A stretch of 48,768 nucleotides of DNA, from contig NYYS01000052.1 in NCBI GenBank assembly GCA_002685855.1, positions 1 through 48,768 on the forward strand, given 5' to 3'. This DNA comes from Candidatus Woesearchaeota archaeon. GTDB taxonomy: Archaea > Nanobdellota > Nanobdellia > Woesearchaeales > GCA-2685855. Below the pieces are notes generated by a model. That model had not been told where the DNA came from. It saw nothing but the letters and a program-made list of their open reading frames with translations, and did no database searches. How positions within the stretch are numbered: the first letter of the stretch is position 1; the number at the start of each line of letters is the position of its first letter. The position numbers and the translations under genes are program-made. Shown piece after piece: positions 24,333-33,113 of this stretch.

Positions 24333-24370
24333 ACAACATAAAACTCCTACGCACCCATAAACTTCCGCAT
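24325..24370. repeat. Proximal (functional) copy of the duplicated segment at the secY terminus
   Basis: GGCGACACACAACATAAAACTCCTACGCACCCATAAACTTCCGCAT. It lies 108 bp from the distal copy and includes the true secY stop (24347-24349). Confidence 0.85.
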
Positions 24371-25726
24371 CATGGGGTTCATGTCGGCGATGTGCTGGCG
24401 GGCGATGTCTTCATATAATTTGTAGATGATCATGACAGCTAATAGAAGTCCTGTTCCGGATGTTAATGCTCCTGAGATGTCTGCCAGTCCGGCAAGAAAG
24501 CCTATGGCTATACCTCCCATGACGGTGAGCGGGGTTATGTATCTGTTGAGGAGTCTTTCAAGGATTCGCTGGTCTTTTCTAAATCCGGGGATCTGAAGTC
24601 CTGAGGACATCATTTGTTTTGCCTGAGAATGGGCATCCAGGCCGGATGTTTGGACCCAAAAGACAGAGAAGAGAACGCTTCCACCGATCAATACGAGCAT
24701 GTAGAAGAGTGCATGCACGATATCTGAGTTATACCAGGGATGGAGACGAAGGGAGTTTGTGATAAAACCCCTGACAAGGTTTGGGGGTGTGAGCCAGGCA
24801 ACGAGGCCTGTAGCAGGAGAGTTTCCTGCGAATGTGCCCAGCCAGGCTCTTCCACTGTTCTGGAGAAGGCGGGCAAATAACTGAATATTGGCGATTAAGG
24901 CTGCTATCAGGATGACAGGGATGTTGCTTGTATAGAGGAAGTTTAAGGGCCAACGGACACCATGTCCTCTTATTCTTCCAAAACTTAAGGGTATTTCAAC
25001 TTTCATTGACTGAAAGTAGACTACTACTAGGAAAACAAGGATGGTAGATACTATTGCTCCGAAGTTGATTGCTGCACTGATAGGATCTTCGGGAAGGCTC
25101 TGGACGAGGGCAGGGATAGCCCCTGTTGCTATGGCCGGATTGGTAGGTGATGCCAGGGGGCTGAGCGCCCTGATAAAGAGGCTCTGTGAGACACCTGCAG
25201 CGATAAAGAGACTGATACCTGAACCAAATCCCCATTTACTTACTACTTCGTCCATGAAGAGGATGAGGATTCCACCTACAATCAGTTGAAAGACTAGAAT
25301 AGATGCAGGAATTCCTTGTTGAGGAGATAATCCACCCATGTAAACATAGATAACTGCCTCTATAAAGATAAAGAAGAGACTCATGATCTTCTGGGTTCCT
25401 TGAAAACGGCGTTTACCTTCGGGACTTGTGAGATCGAATTTGACAATACCTGATCCGTTCAGGAGCTGGAGGACGATACTTGCTGTTACAATGGGGCCGA
25501 TACCCAGGCTTACAAGGCTTCCAAAGCTTGCTCCGAGGATAATACTGAGAAACTCAAATTGTGCAAGGGCATTTCCGCCGAGGCCATATAAAGGTATTAA
25601 ACCAAGAATATAGAAGAGGACTAAAATTACGAGTGTCCACTTAAGTTTTTCCTTAAAGGCAAGTCGCTTCTGCTTTGGTGCTGCGACTTCAGGAAGATTA
25701 TATATTATTGTATCATAGAGTCCCAT
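24347..25726 (-). CDS. secY: Preprotein translocase subunit SecY
   Basis: 459 aa with about 10 TM helices and typical archaeal SecY sequence (LKWTLVILVLFYILGLIPLYG..., GTQKI...). Its position after L15 is the conserved one. Confidence 0.95.
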   Translation of the reverse strand: MGLYDTIIYNLPEVAAPKQKRLAFKEKLKWTLVILVLFYILGLIPLYGLGGNALAQFEFLSIILGASFGSLVSLGIGPIVTASIVLQLLNGSGIVKFDLTSPEGKRRFQGTQKIMSLFFIFIEAVIYVYMGGLSPQQGIPASILVFQLIVGGILILFMDEVVSKWGFGSGISLFIAAGVSQSLFIRALSPLASPTNPAIATGAIPALVQSLPEDPISAAINFGAIVSTILVFLVVVYFQSMKVEIPLSFGRIRGHGVRWPLNFLYTSNIPVILIAALIANIQLFARLLQNSGRAWLGTFAGNSPATGLVAWLTPPNLVRGFITNSLRLHPWYNSDIVHALFYMLVLIGGSVLFSVFWVQTSGLDAHSQAKQMMSSGLQIPGFRKDQRILERLLNRYITPLTVMGGIAIGFLAGLADISGALTSGTGLLLAVMIIYKLYEDIARQHIADMNPMMRKFMGA

Positions 25727-25739
25727 GGTGGTACCTTAG

Positions 25740-26240
25740 CTAAGAGGTTTCGACAGATTCAGGCGCAGGTTTTGCTTCTTTTGCAGGTTCTGCCTTTTTT
25801 TGGGGAAGCAGAACTTCACCGCCTGCTGCCTTTACCTTTTCAACAGCCTTTTGCGATGCTGAGGAAGCTCTTATTTTAAACTTTTTGGCTGTGTTGCCTG
25901 TTCCAAGAAGTTTTGAGAAGCCAATATCTTTAAGATCGATCACAAGAGCATCTCCTTCCTGCTTTGCAAGCCCTTTTTTTAGGAGATTTCCTGCTTTTTT
26001 GTCGAGCTCAGTAAGGTTGATGGGAATGGAAATTGAACGAGATTTTGAACTAAATCCTTTGGGTTTGACTTTTAGCTTCCAGAAGCAGGGCTTTTTTGCA
26101 TCTCCACGCTTTCCGCTTCCTGCATTTCCTCTTCCGCCCCTGTTTCCTGCCCCTCTATGTTTTTTCATCGCGCCCCATCCGTGGGTTTTACTCCCTCTTT
26201 GGCGAATGTTCTTTTTTGGGGTTCTTCCTTGGGTTGGCAT
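25740..26240 (-). CDS. rpl15: 50S ribosomal protein L15 (uL15)
   Basis: KTHGWGAMKKHRGAGNRGGRGNAGSGKRGD is the uL15 signature. The ATG overlaps the L30 TGA stop (TGATG). Confidence 0.93.
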   Translation of the reverse strand: MPTQGRTPKKNIRQRGSKTHGWGAMKKHRGAGNRGGRGNAGSGKRGDAKKPCFWKLKVKPKGFSSKSRSISIPINLTELDKKAGNLLKKGLAKQEGDALVIDLKDIGFSKLLGTGNTAKKFKIRASSASQKAVEKVKAAGGEVLLPQKKAEPAKEAKPAPESVETS

Positions 26241-26854
26241 CAGAGCATCCTCCTTATAAGTTCATTCATCTTTTCTCCGCGGTATCCAAGAGATCCGCCT
26301 TCCTTGAATGTTTTCTTGATTCCTTTTCCTTTGAATCCTCCTCGGGGGGGATGTAATCGATAAAAGGGTTTTAGAGCGCCTTTGGCATCTTTTTTTCCGC
26401 GTTTTGCCTGAAGGTCTTTCAGGGTGTCAGGTGAAATTTCACCAAAGGTGATATAGTCTTTACATTTAATGAGCATGCCTTTCGTTGAAGGGGTGTTGTC
26501 AATGACTACACAACTATGTTTTTGGCGAAGTTTAAGCATGAAAAGGGTTTCTTTAACAGATCTTGTTACTCCAATGAATCCGCGAAGGAGAATAACTGCC
26601 ACCTTTCCTGTTGGGGTTTCTTTTGAAGGTTGTTTAGTTTCTTCTTTCTTTTGTGGCAGATCTTTTTCGGTTTCTTTTTTTGTGGTCTCTGCCTGTTTTT
26701 TAACTGCTTGTTTTAAGGATTCGAGTTTCTGTTTCTCTGCTTGCTGCTTATCCTTTTCTGCGTCTTTCTTCTCAATCTCCTGGACATTTTTGAGAGCTTC
26801 AGCTACCATTGCGTTCGTTCCTTCAGGTAGATCCTTATTCTGCTGTTGCTGCAT
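26240..26854 (-). CDS. rpl30: 50S ribosomal protein L30 (uL30) with a ~80-aa K/E/Q-rich N-terminal extension
   Basis: The core VAVILLRGFIGVTRSVKETLFMLKLRQKHSCVVIDNTPSTKGMLIKCKDYITFGEI is uL30. Residues 1-82 are low-complexity K/E/Q/T sequence. Confidence 0.9.
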   Translation of the reverse strand: MQQQQNKDLPEGTNAMVAEALKNVQEIEKKDAEKDKQQAEKQKLESLKQAVKKQAETTKKETEKDLPQKKEETKQPSKETPTGKVAVILLRGFIGVTRSVKETLFMLKLRQKHSCVVIDNTPSTKGMLIKCKDYITFGEISPDTLKDLQAKRGKKDAKGALKPFYRLHPPRGGFKGKGIKKTFKEGGSLGYRGEKMNELIRRML

Positions 26855-27557
26855 GCTCTTCTTCCTCCTTTTTTATGCTTCCTTCCTGGACGCTTAATGA
26901 TTCAATATCTCTCTGCTGGATCTTTGTTGTGACGAGCTTTCGTAATGCTATCTCGGTTGCTCTGATGAGATTAACTTTGTTCTTTGTCTGACCCAATGTT
27001 TTAGTCCAGACATCTTCTATCCCTGCAAGTCGCAGAATCTTTGCGCATTCATTTTCTGTTACAAGACCCTTTCCTTTGGGTGCAGGTAAAAATGAGATGA
27101 TTACACTTCCTGATTTTCCTTCGACTTTAAAGGGGATACTGTGAGGTGTTCCACAGCCGCATCTCCAGCTTCCACAGCCTCTTTTTATTTTGAAGACGTT
27201 TAATTTTGCATTTCGTTGAGATTTTTCTCTTGCAGGAATGGTTTCTTTTGATTTTCCATACCCTATTCCTACATGGCCGTTTTTATCACCGATGACCGCC
27301 ATTGTTGCAAATTTTGGTTTGTTTCCTTCCCTGGTTTTCTTTTGTGTTTGACGGAACGCTCTTCTCTGGCCGCCGCCAAATTTTCCTTTGCTCTGCCCCA
27401 ATAAAAGAAGTTCTGACTCTGTTTCGAGTAGTGTTTCAGTAATTTGAGGTTCAAGGATTGTTTTTCCTTCATCAAGAATCTGATCAATATCTAGAATGAT
27501 CTTCTCCTTGACTTGACGGCCAAGTTCTGTTTTTGGTTTCCAGTTTTCTTCTTCCAT
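26835..27557 (-). CDS. rps5: 30S ribosomal protein S5 (uS5)
   Basis: The segments FATMAVIGDKNGHVGIGYGKSKE...IPFKVEGKSGSVIISFLPAPKGKGLV are uS5 dsRBD and C-terminal domain sequence. Confidence 0.93.
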   Translation of the reverse strand: MEEENWKPKTELGRQVKEKIILDIDQILDEGKTILEPQITETLLETESELLLLGQSKGKFGGGQRRAFRQTQKKTREGNKPKFATMAVIGDKNGHVGIGYGKSKETIPAREKSQRNAKLNVFKIKRGCGSWRCGCGTPHSIPFKVEGKSGSVIISFLPAPKGKGLVTENECAKILRLAGIEDVWTKTLGQTKNKVNLIRATEIALRKLVTTKIQQRDIESLSVQEGSIKKEEEEHAATAE

Positions 27558-27559
27558 TT

Positions 27560-28117
27560 TTAGTTACCAAGGATTTTCTTTTTGCACTCTTCAAGGAGGG
27601 GTTTAATTGTTGTTATCCCATCCTTTTTGTATTGGGAAAATTGGGTGCTATTTTTATTCGTTTCAATATGTGTCTGAATGTGAGTTCCTGTCAGGCGCTC
27701 CTCTGAGGGGAACACGGTTTCATCTAAAGGAACCTTAATCCCGCCATCAATAATTCCTTTAAGGACGGCATAAAGACGTGATCCTGCAACTGGGCGTTGT
27801 AATCCTAGATCGAGGATTGCATTTTTTACATTTCCTTTGGCAAGGGTTGCAAGTTGGAGTCCTGTAAGGTATGCTGCGGGAATATTTCCTGTTGAAATCT
27901 TCCAGCCAAGCTTTTTCAGTCCAGATGATTTAAATGTGAACAATACGTTATCTCCGTTTTCTTTATAGTTGATGAACTGTGCAACAATATTTCTTTCTGA
28001 GCGTCGCACGACCAGCCGGGTTGTTCTGCTCTTTAGGAGTTCCAGTCTTTTCTTATAATTAGTCAGACCTTTTCTTTTTCTTCTAAATTTTACTGTGTAA
28101 TGTTTACTTTTTGCCAT
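27560..28117 (-). CDS. rpl18: 50S ribosomal protein L18 (uL18)
   Basis: FRRKRKGLTNYKKRLELLKSRTTRLVVRRSERNIVAQFI is a typical archaeal uL18 N-terminus. Confidence 0.93.
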   Translation of the reverse strand: MAKSKHYTVKFRRKRKGLTNYKKRLELLKSRTTRLVVRRSERNIVAQFINYKENGDNVLFTFKSSGLKKLGWKISTGNIPAAYLTGLQLATLAKGNVKNAILDLGLQRPVAGSRLYAVLKGIIDGGIKVPLDETVFPSEERLTGTHIQTHIETNKNSTQFSQYKKDGITTIKPLLEECKKKILGN

Positions 28118-28562
28118 TTTTTGTTAAACCGTGTTCATCTATATATATTTTAATGTGCGCTTTGCTTCTGAAAAATCCGCCTTTTGATTTAAGATAAAGC
28201 ATTCGATAATCGTTTGTGTTGATTATTTTTTTGGTTCTGAGTTCCTTTAGGAATGTTCGTTGGGAGCGGACACGATTCATCCAACGTAGTTTTTCTGATG
28301 CGCGTGCGTTTGCAGATCCTTTTCGTTTTCCAGGCCCTTTTTGAAGACCTTTTGCACGCTGGACTGCTCTTTTTCTTGCTCTGACTCGCGAAACGCCTTT
28401 TTTCTGTTCAACTCTGACAGAACCATCTTTCAAAAGACCTCTCAGATCTGATTTAGTGATTGCCTCTTTTACATCCTCTAATTGTTCAGAGTCAAACTTA
28501 ACTCTTTTCTTAGAGGCTTTTTTTATGGCTCCTGCAAGTCTTTTTTGGAGAGAGAGCTTCAT
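28104..28562 (-). CDS. rpl19e: 50S ribosomal protein L19e (eL19)
   Basis: MKLSLQKRLAGAIKKASKKRVKFD...KKGVSRVRARKR matches eL19. Confidence 0.93.
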   Translation of the reverse strand: MKLSLQKRLAGAIKKASKKRVKFDSEQLEDVKEAITKSDLRGLLKDGSVRVEQKKGVSRVRARKRAVQRAKGLQKGPGKRKGSANARASEKLRWMNRVRSQRTFLKELRTKKIINTNDYRMLYLKSKGGFFRSKAHIKIYIDEHGLTKNGKK

Positions 28563-29290
28563 TGTGCAGACCTCTTTGTTAGGAGTTTGTCATATTCTTT
28601 CTTTTTCTCATCTGCGGAAGGATCTTCTTTCTTTTCTGTTTTTTTCTCGGGTTTTTCTTTCTTAGCAGGTTCTTTTGCCTTTTTAGCGGGTTCCTTTTTT
28701 TCTGTTTTAGGATCTTCTTTTTTAGTAGATTCTTTTTTGGCTTTTTCTTCAGGAGTTACAATTCCTTCCAGGCCCTCTTCCTTCTTCTTTTCTTCTTCTT
28801 TTGCCTTTTCTGCAACTTCCTTTTCTTTTTCTTTTGTCTTTTTCTTCTTTTCAGCTGCAACTTTTTCTTTTTTCTCTTTTCTAAGTTTAAGTTGTATCTT
28901 TACAGATTCTAAAAAGGCGGAACCGTCAATGTTGACCAATATGTAGTTTTCTTTAAGTGCTGTTTCTACGATCAGGATTTTTTTCTTTAATCCTACAGAT
29001 GATCCTATAATAATGCCTTTTTCTTTTGATGTTTGAAGGAGTTCTGCAACCGCATGGACCACGACAGGCTCATAGCCATCATGTGTAAATCCTCTTACAT
29101 CTTTTGGTGATCGCCATCCTTGCTTTGGTCTACGACGATATCCTCTTAGTTGAAGTCTGACTTTTGACTGGAGTCCTTTAGGTCTTCTCCATTCAGGGGA
29201 AAGCTTCTTTTTCTTGTGAGCGTCCTGTTTAATGAATGCAGGTTTTTTCTTTTTTTGCGCATTCCTGAGTTCTACTTTTTCTTTTGTCAT
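28559..29290 (-). CDS. rpl32e: 50S ribosomal protein L32e (eL32) with a ~110-aa K/E-rich C-terminal extension
   Basis: The core KKLSPEWRRPKGLQSKVRLQLRGYRRRPKQGWRSPKDVRG is eL32. Residues ~135-243 are K/E/P/A low-complexity sequence. Confidence 0.9.
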   Translation of the reverse strand: MTKEKVELRNAQKKKKPAFIKQDAHKKKKLSPEWRRPKGLQSKVRLQLRGYRRRPKQGWRSPKDVRGFTHDGYEPVVVHAVAELLQTSKEKGIIIGSSVGLKKKILIVETALKENYILVNIDGSAFLESVKIQLKLRKEKKEKVAAEKKKKTKEKEKEVAEKAKEEEKKKEEGLEGIVTPEEKAKKESTKKEDPKTEKKEPAKKAKEPAKKEKPEKKTEKKEDPSADEKKKEYDKLLTKRSAQ

Positions 29291-29291
29291 A

Positions 29292-29846
29292 TTATCCTAT
29301 TCGAAGATCTTTGCCGTTTTTTGTAATAATATAGATGCCATCCTGAAATATTCTTTTATCGAATCCGGGTCGTCTGCACAATAATTCAATATCTGCTGCG
29401 GTTTGTCCAACGAGTTCTTTTTCAACACCTTCAACAATTATTTGTTCGCCGTCAACTTTTACAGAAACTCCGTCTCTAATCTTTAGTACACGGTTTACAG
29501 CTTCACCAATAAAGTTCTTTACAACGAGCGTATTATCCTTAACTGTGACAGTCATCGGAAAGTGTCCTGCACATATCTTGAGTTCGTAGACCACACCTTC
29601 GAGAACGCCGTTCTGCATATTTTTTACATGAGCTACAAATGTGTTGAGGAGTTTCTTTTCTCTTTTTGTTGCATTTATAGCTGAAACAATGATCTCGCCA
29701 TCTTTTACAAGGAGTTTAATAGTGGGGGAGAAAAAATCTCTCTTTACTTCTCCCTTCGGACCTTTAACTACGAGAACTGAAGCGTCCATGCTTGCTTCTA
29801 CTCCTTCCGTAAGACTGATTTTTGTCTCCAAGAGTGGTTGTTTCAT
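29292..29846 (-). CDS. rpl6: 50S ribosomal protein L6 (uL6)
   Basis: LVVKGPKGEVKRDF...NFIGEAVNRV fits uL6. I prefer ATG 29846 (184 aa, 4 nt after the S8 stop) over the track start 29894, which overlaps S8 by 44 nt. Confidence 0.9.
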   Translation of the reverse strand: MKQPLLETKISLTEGVEASMDASVLVVKGPKGEVKRDFFSPTIKLLVKDGEIIVSAINATKREKKLLNTFVAHVKNMQNGVLEGVVYELKICAGHFPMTVTVKDNTLVVKNFIGEAVNRVLKIRDGVSVKVDGEQIIVEGVEKELVGQTAADIELLCRRPGFDKRIFQDGIYIITKNGKDLRIG

Positions 29847-29850
29847 AGTA

Positions 29851-30243
29851 TTAGTACACAAAACTGATAAGTTTTCCTCCAATTCTTTTTTCATTAGCCT
29901 CTTTTAGGGTCATCAATCCCAAATTTGTTGAGATGATGATGATTCCAAAGTCCCGAGCAGGAAGGAATCTCTGCTCATATTTGACGAAGTCGTCTTTGGT
30001 GATCTGAAATTGTGGCTTGATTACTCCTGTTTTATTGATGCGTCCTAAGAGGTTTATCTTTAGCCAGGAATGACTTCCTGAAGGAACCTCTTCAAAACTT
30101 CCAATAAAATTGTTCTGCTGCATGATTTCCAGCACTTTTTTAATTATTTTGGAGTTGTGTGGTGTGAGTATTTCTTTTTTACCTAGTTGCTCATAATTTT
30201 TTATATGAGACAACACGTTTGCTAATGGATCGTTTAGTGACAT
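29851..30243 (-). CDS. rps8: 30S ribosomal protein S8 (uS8)
   Basis: MSLNDPLANVLSHIKNYEQLGKKE...IIISTNLGLMTLKEANEKRIGGKLISFVY is uS8. Confidence 0.93.
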   Translation of the reverse strand: MSLNDPLANVLSHIKNYEQLGKKEILTPHNSKIIKKVLEIMQQNNFIGSFEEVPSGSHSWLKINLLGRINKTGVIKPQFQITKDDFVKYEQRFLPARDFGIIIISTNLGLMTLKEANEKRIGGKLISFVY

Positions 30244-30252
30244 TTTGTATCC

Positions 30253-30483
30253 TCAACTGTATTTTTTGAAACCTAATTTTGTTGCACTTTCCCGGAAGCA
30301 TTGTCTGCACAGGTGAATGAGGTATTTGCTGATATGTCCTCCTGTTCTTCCGCATCGTACACATTTTTTTGTTGACTCTCCGAATGCTCTTTTTCGAGGA
30401 GTGTTATTTTTCTTCCATTTGACAAATTTACCTTTTTTATGCTTAATTTGTACAAGGACCTTGGAATGATCTGCTGTTGTCAT
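30253..30483 (-). CDS. rps14: 30S ribosomal protein S14 (uS14, zinc-ribbon type)
   Basis: [36 protein letters not shown] is the uS14 type-Z C-terminus. The N-terminus is slightly longer than usual. The start overlaps the L5 stop. Confidence 0.88.
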   Translation of the reverse strand: MTTADHSKVLVQIKHKKGKFVKWKKNNTPRKRAFGESTKKCVRCGRTGGHISKYLIHLCRQCFRESATKLGFKKYS

Positions 30484-30995
30484 TGTATTTCACCAACCTT
30501 AACCTTGAATTGAGTTTGTAAAAAAGTAATAGCGTCTTCTTTTGTTATCTGATGATTGTGATGGATCTTTTTCTTTTGTATTTTCCTTTTCTTTATGCGG
30601 AATCCAGGTCTTTCTAATGTTAGTGAGGCCTGCAAACCAATAATTCCGATTTCAGGATCATATTTTACATCGGGAATATCTATGTATTCTGCAATTCCGA
30701 ATGAGATGTTTCCATAGTTGTCAAAGTTGCTCTCTTTCAGGTTATTCTCTTTAGCAGCAAGGAGTTTTTTCCAGAGTTGTTCTGCTTTTTCTCCACGGAG
30801 AGTGAGTTTACAGCCAATCGGAAGTCCTGGTCTAAGACCCCATGCAGCTAATCTTTTTTGAGTGACTGTTTTTATGGGTTGAATTCCTGTTATATGGTTT
30901 AGGAGCTTCATTCCTTTTTCAAGGACGTTCTGGTCTTTTCCCGCCCCTATGTTTAAGGTGAGCTTCTCTATCCTGATTTTCTGCATCTGGTTCAT
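30480..30995 (-). CDS. rpl5: 50S ribosomal protein L5 (uL5)
   Basis: [37 protein letters not shown]...[16 protein letters not shown] is uL5. Confidence 0.93.
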   Translation of the reverse strand: MNQMQKIRIEKLTLNIGAGKDQNVLEKGMKLLNHITGIQPIKTVTQKRLAAWGLRPGLPIGCKLTLRGEKAEQLWKKLLAAKENNLKESNFDNYGNISFGIAEYIDIPDVKYDPEIGIIGLQASLTLERPGFRIKKRKIQKKKIHHNHQITKEDAITFLQTQFKVKVGEIQ

Positions 30996-30996
30996 T

Positions 30997-31683
30997 TTAT
31001 TCTGTTTTTATGATTGATTTTTCTTTTCCAATTACAAATGCGTGAATTTTTTGGGTTTCGAATTCTGTATCTGCCTGTACCTGGATGGTGTTTCCTTCGA
31101 TCTTTTTTAATTTACCAACAGTGCCTGCTTTGTTTCCGTTGGTAAGGAGAACGATGGATCCTTCTTTGAACGGGAGTGATTCGGATATTTTCTGAGAGGG
31201 AAGCTGAAGAACGATGCTTTCTCCTGTTTTGTATGTGTCTTTTTCAACAAGGATGTTTCGTCCGCTTGTGCAGTTTAATTGGGTTTTATTCTTTGGATTT
31301 GTTGTTTTTGATTTTATCTTGACAATCTTGAATCCTGCCTCTTTTTCATCAATCTTTACAGCACAGAGCTTGTTTTTTTGTGTTAAAAGGACACGGAAAT
31401 GTTGTTTGGTTTTAGGGAAGCTTACTACATCCATAAGGCCAACTTGGGCTTTTTCATCGTGGACTTTTTTCCCGTCTACAAAGAGATTTCCCTCATGAAG
31501 GATGTGTTTAACTTCTTTTAGCGTGTTTGCTATATTGAGAACGTGTTTCAGAAGAAAACTTATCGAAAAGGTGTGATCGAGTGTGTGCGCTCCTGAATTT
31601 GGTCGTGTTATGAATGTGTTCTCCTTTCTACAAAACTCCCATGTTGGAGGTGCATTCAATGATTTGATGTGGTTCTTTCCCAT
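30997..31683 (-). CDS. rps4e: 30S ribosomal protein S4e (eS4)
   Basis: HIKSLNAPPTWEF...ITRPNSGAHTLDHTFSISFLLKHVL...VGLMDVVSF is eS4. Confidence 0.93.
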   Translation of the reverse strand: MGKNHIKSLNAPPTWEFCRKENTFITRPNSGAHTLDHTFSISFLLKHVLNIANTLKEVKHILHEGNLFVDGKKVHDEKAQVGLMDVVSFPKTKQHFRVLLTQKNKLCAVKIDEKEAGFKIVKIKSKTTNPKNKTQLNCTSGRNILVEKDTYKTGESIVLQLPSQKISESLPFKEGSIVLLTNGNKAGTVGKLKKIEGNTIQVQADTEFETQKIHAFVIGKEKSIIKTE

Positions 31684-31685
31684 TT

Positions 31686-32141
31686 TTATTCCTTCTTTTC
31701 TTCTTTTGTTGTTTTAACTTCTTTTGTAGGTTTCACGTCTTTTGCTGTTTTCTGTTGTTTCGTGAGTTTGCCCATTCTTTTTTTATCTGATGTTTCAAGG
31801 TTTGTTATAAGGAGATTTGATGGTTCAAAAGGGATTAGACTTTTCGATCCCTCTTTTTTTGTCTGTTCGATCTTAGACAGGAATACTTTTGTGAGTTTTG
31901 TGCTTACTCTTTCAACCTTTTCTTCTCTTCCTTTGAATTTTCCCCTCATTACTTTTACTTTGTCGCCTTTTCTGACACGTAAGGCGCGTGTTTGATATTT
32001 TGTTCGAAGTTCTTTTGATAAATGACAGTCAAGGAATCCTCCTCGAGTGTGGAGAGGAACGTTATATCTATACTTCCTCTGTTTTCGAGGTTGGGTACTC
32101 GATTTCCATGTTGCAATAAAGTCTTTCTTCATTTTAATCAC
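31686..32141 (-). CDS. rpl24: 50S ribosomal protein L24 (uL24) with a short K/E/T-rich C-terminal tail
   Basis: The segments SSTQPRKQRKYRYNVPLHTR...RVRKGDKVKVMRGKFKGREEKV contain the uL24 KOW motif. The last ~35 aa are K/T/E-rich. Confidence 0.92.
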   Translation of the reverse strand: MIKMKKDFIATWKSSTQPRKQRKYRYNVPLHTRGGFLDCHLSKELRTKYQTRALRVRKGDKVKVMRGKFKGREEKVERVSTKLTKVFLSKIEQTKKEGSKSLIPFEPSNLLITNLETSDKKRMGKLTKQQKTAKDVKPTKEVKTTKEEKKE

Positions 32142-32539
32142 ACAATAATACTTGCAAGTTTAGCAACTCCTGGCCAGCGTTGGCAGGCCTCTTTTGCAAT
32201 GGGTCCTTTGAATATTGTTCCTTTGGGATTTCCTTTATCATCTTTTAAAACAACGGCTGCGTTGTCCTCAAATTTTATTCTTGTCCCGTTAGGTCTTCTG
32301 TATTCTCTTCTTTGCCGTACGAGGACGCCATGTACAACCTGTTTTCTCATGTCAGGCCTTCCTTTTTTGACAGAGGCCATGAACAGGTCTCCAACTCCTG
32401 CGGCTGGCGATCTTCCTTTTACTGTTTTCTGTCGGAAGACGGATATGATCTTTATGGTTTTGGCTCCAGAGTTGTCACACGTGTCAACAATTGAACCAAC
32501 GTTCATTCCTTTTGTTACTTTTGCTTTTACAGGTTTCAT
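32138..32539 (-). CDS. rpl14: 50S ribosomal protein L14 (uL14)
   Basis: DTCDNSGAKTIKIISV...FMASVKKGRPDMRKQVVHGVLVRQRREYRRPNGTRIKFEDNAAVV is uL14. Confidence 0.94.
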   Translation of the reverse strand: MKPVKAKVTKGMNVGSIVDTCDNSGAKTIKIISVFRQKTVKGRSPAAGVGDLFMASVKKGRPDMRKQVVHGVLVRQRREYRRPNGTRIKFEDNAAVVLKDDKGNPKGTIFKGPIAKEACQRWPGVAKLASIIV

Positions 32540-32874
32540 TCTTCTTTTCCTATTTTAATAACAACAAAGTTTTTTGTCTTGGATAGCGGGCGTGTTTCCA
32601 TCACTCGAACGGTATCTCCTTGTTTTGCATTTAAGCAAAGGGGGTTGTGTGCTTTTACTCTTGATCGTGCTTTTGCATATCTTTCGTACTTTGGGATGAA
32701 CTTTCTCCGTTCCCATTCTACTGTTACTGATTTTGTCATTTTGTCAGAGATCACTCTACCTACGAACTGTCTTCCATGCACTCCCAGAGTGCCGTGGAAG
32801 GGGCAGTTGTTGTCCGTGCAGGTTTGTTTTGGCACGGGTACGTTCACGCCAATTGATTTTTTCATGAGTATCAA
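32536..32874 (-). CDS. rps17: 30S ribosomal protein S17 (uS17)
   Basis: CTDNNCPFHGTLGVHGRQFVGRVISDKMTKSVTVEWERRKFIPKYERY is archaeal uS17. Confidence 0.93.
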   Translation of the reverse strand: MILMKKSIGVNVPVPKQTCTDNNCPFHGTLGVHGRQFVGRVISDKMTKSVTVEWERRKFIPKYERYAKARSRVKAHNPLCLNAKQGDTVRVMETRPLSKTKNFVVIKIGKEE

Positions 32875-33113
32875 CCTTTTAGTCTTTCAAATGTCCTCTT
32901 CAGGAGCTCGTTTCCTTCATATGTGTCTGAACCGATTTTGAATGTTACTCCTTGTTTAAGGACAGTGATTGTTTTTTCCTTTGTTTTTATTTTAAATGTG
33001 TTCTTTGTTTCGTCCACGACCTTTCCTTTAATTCCGATCAGCGCCTTGTTCTTGGCTGATACGACTTCAAGGTCTAGGAAGATAAACTCCTTGTTGGAAT
33101 TCACCTTGTTCAC
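32871..33113 (-). CDS. rnp1: RNase P protein component 1 (Rpp29/Pop4 homolog)
   Basis: 80 aa. LIGIKGKVVDETKNTFKIKTKEKTITVLKQGVTFKI is the Sm-like Rpp29 core. The position between SUI1 and S17 is conserved in archaea. Confidence 0.85.
   Translation of the reverse strand: MNKVNSNKEFIFLDLEVVSAKNKALIGIKGKVVDETKNTFKIKTKEKTITVLKQGVTFKIGSDTYEGNELLKRTFERLKG

Noticed and set aside
19255-24370. The duplicated secY 3' segment as an attL/attR pair bracketing the whole secreted-protein island
   Set aside because: Both copies lie at the same (secY-proximal) end, 108 bp apart. I found no third copy in the spacer at the distal end (19255-19317), and no integrase gene is present. It is kept only as a local duplication or scar.
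28559-28900. K/E-rich tails of the ribosomal proteins as separate fused genes or frameshift artefacts
   Set aside because: Each tail is continuous with its core in one uninterrupted frame. Each ends at a stop that is coupled or overlapped with the next conserved gene, so the operon spacing is intact. The same phenomenon recurs independently in at least six genes.
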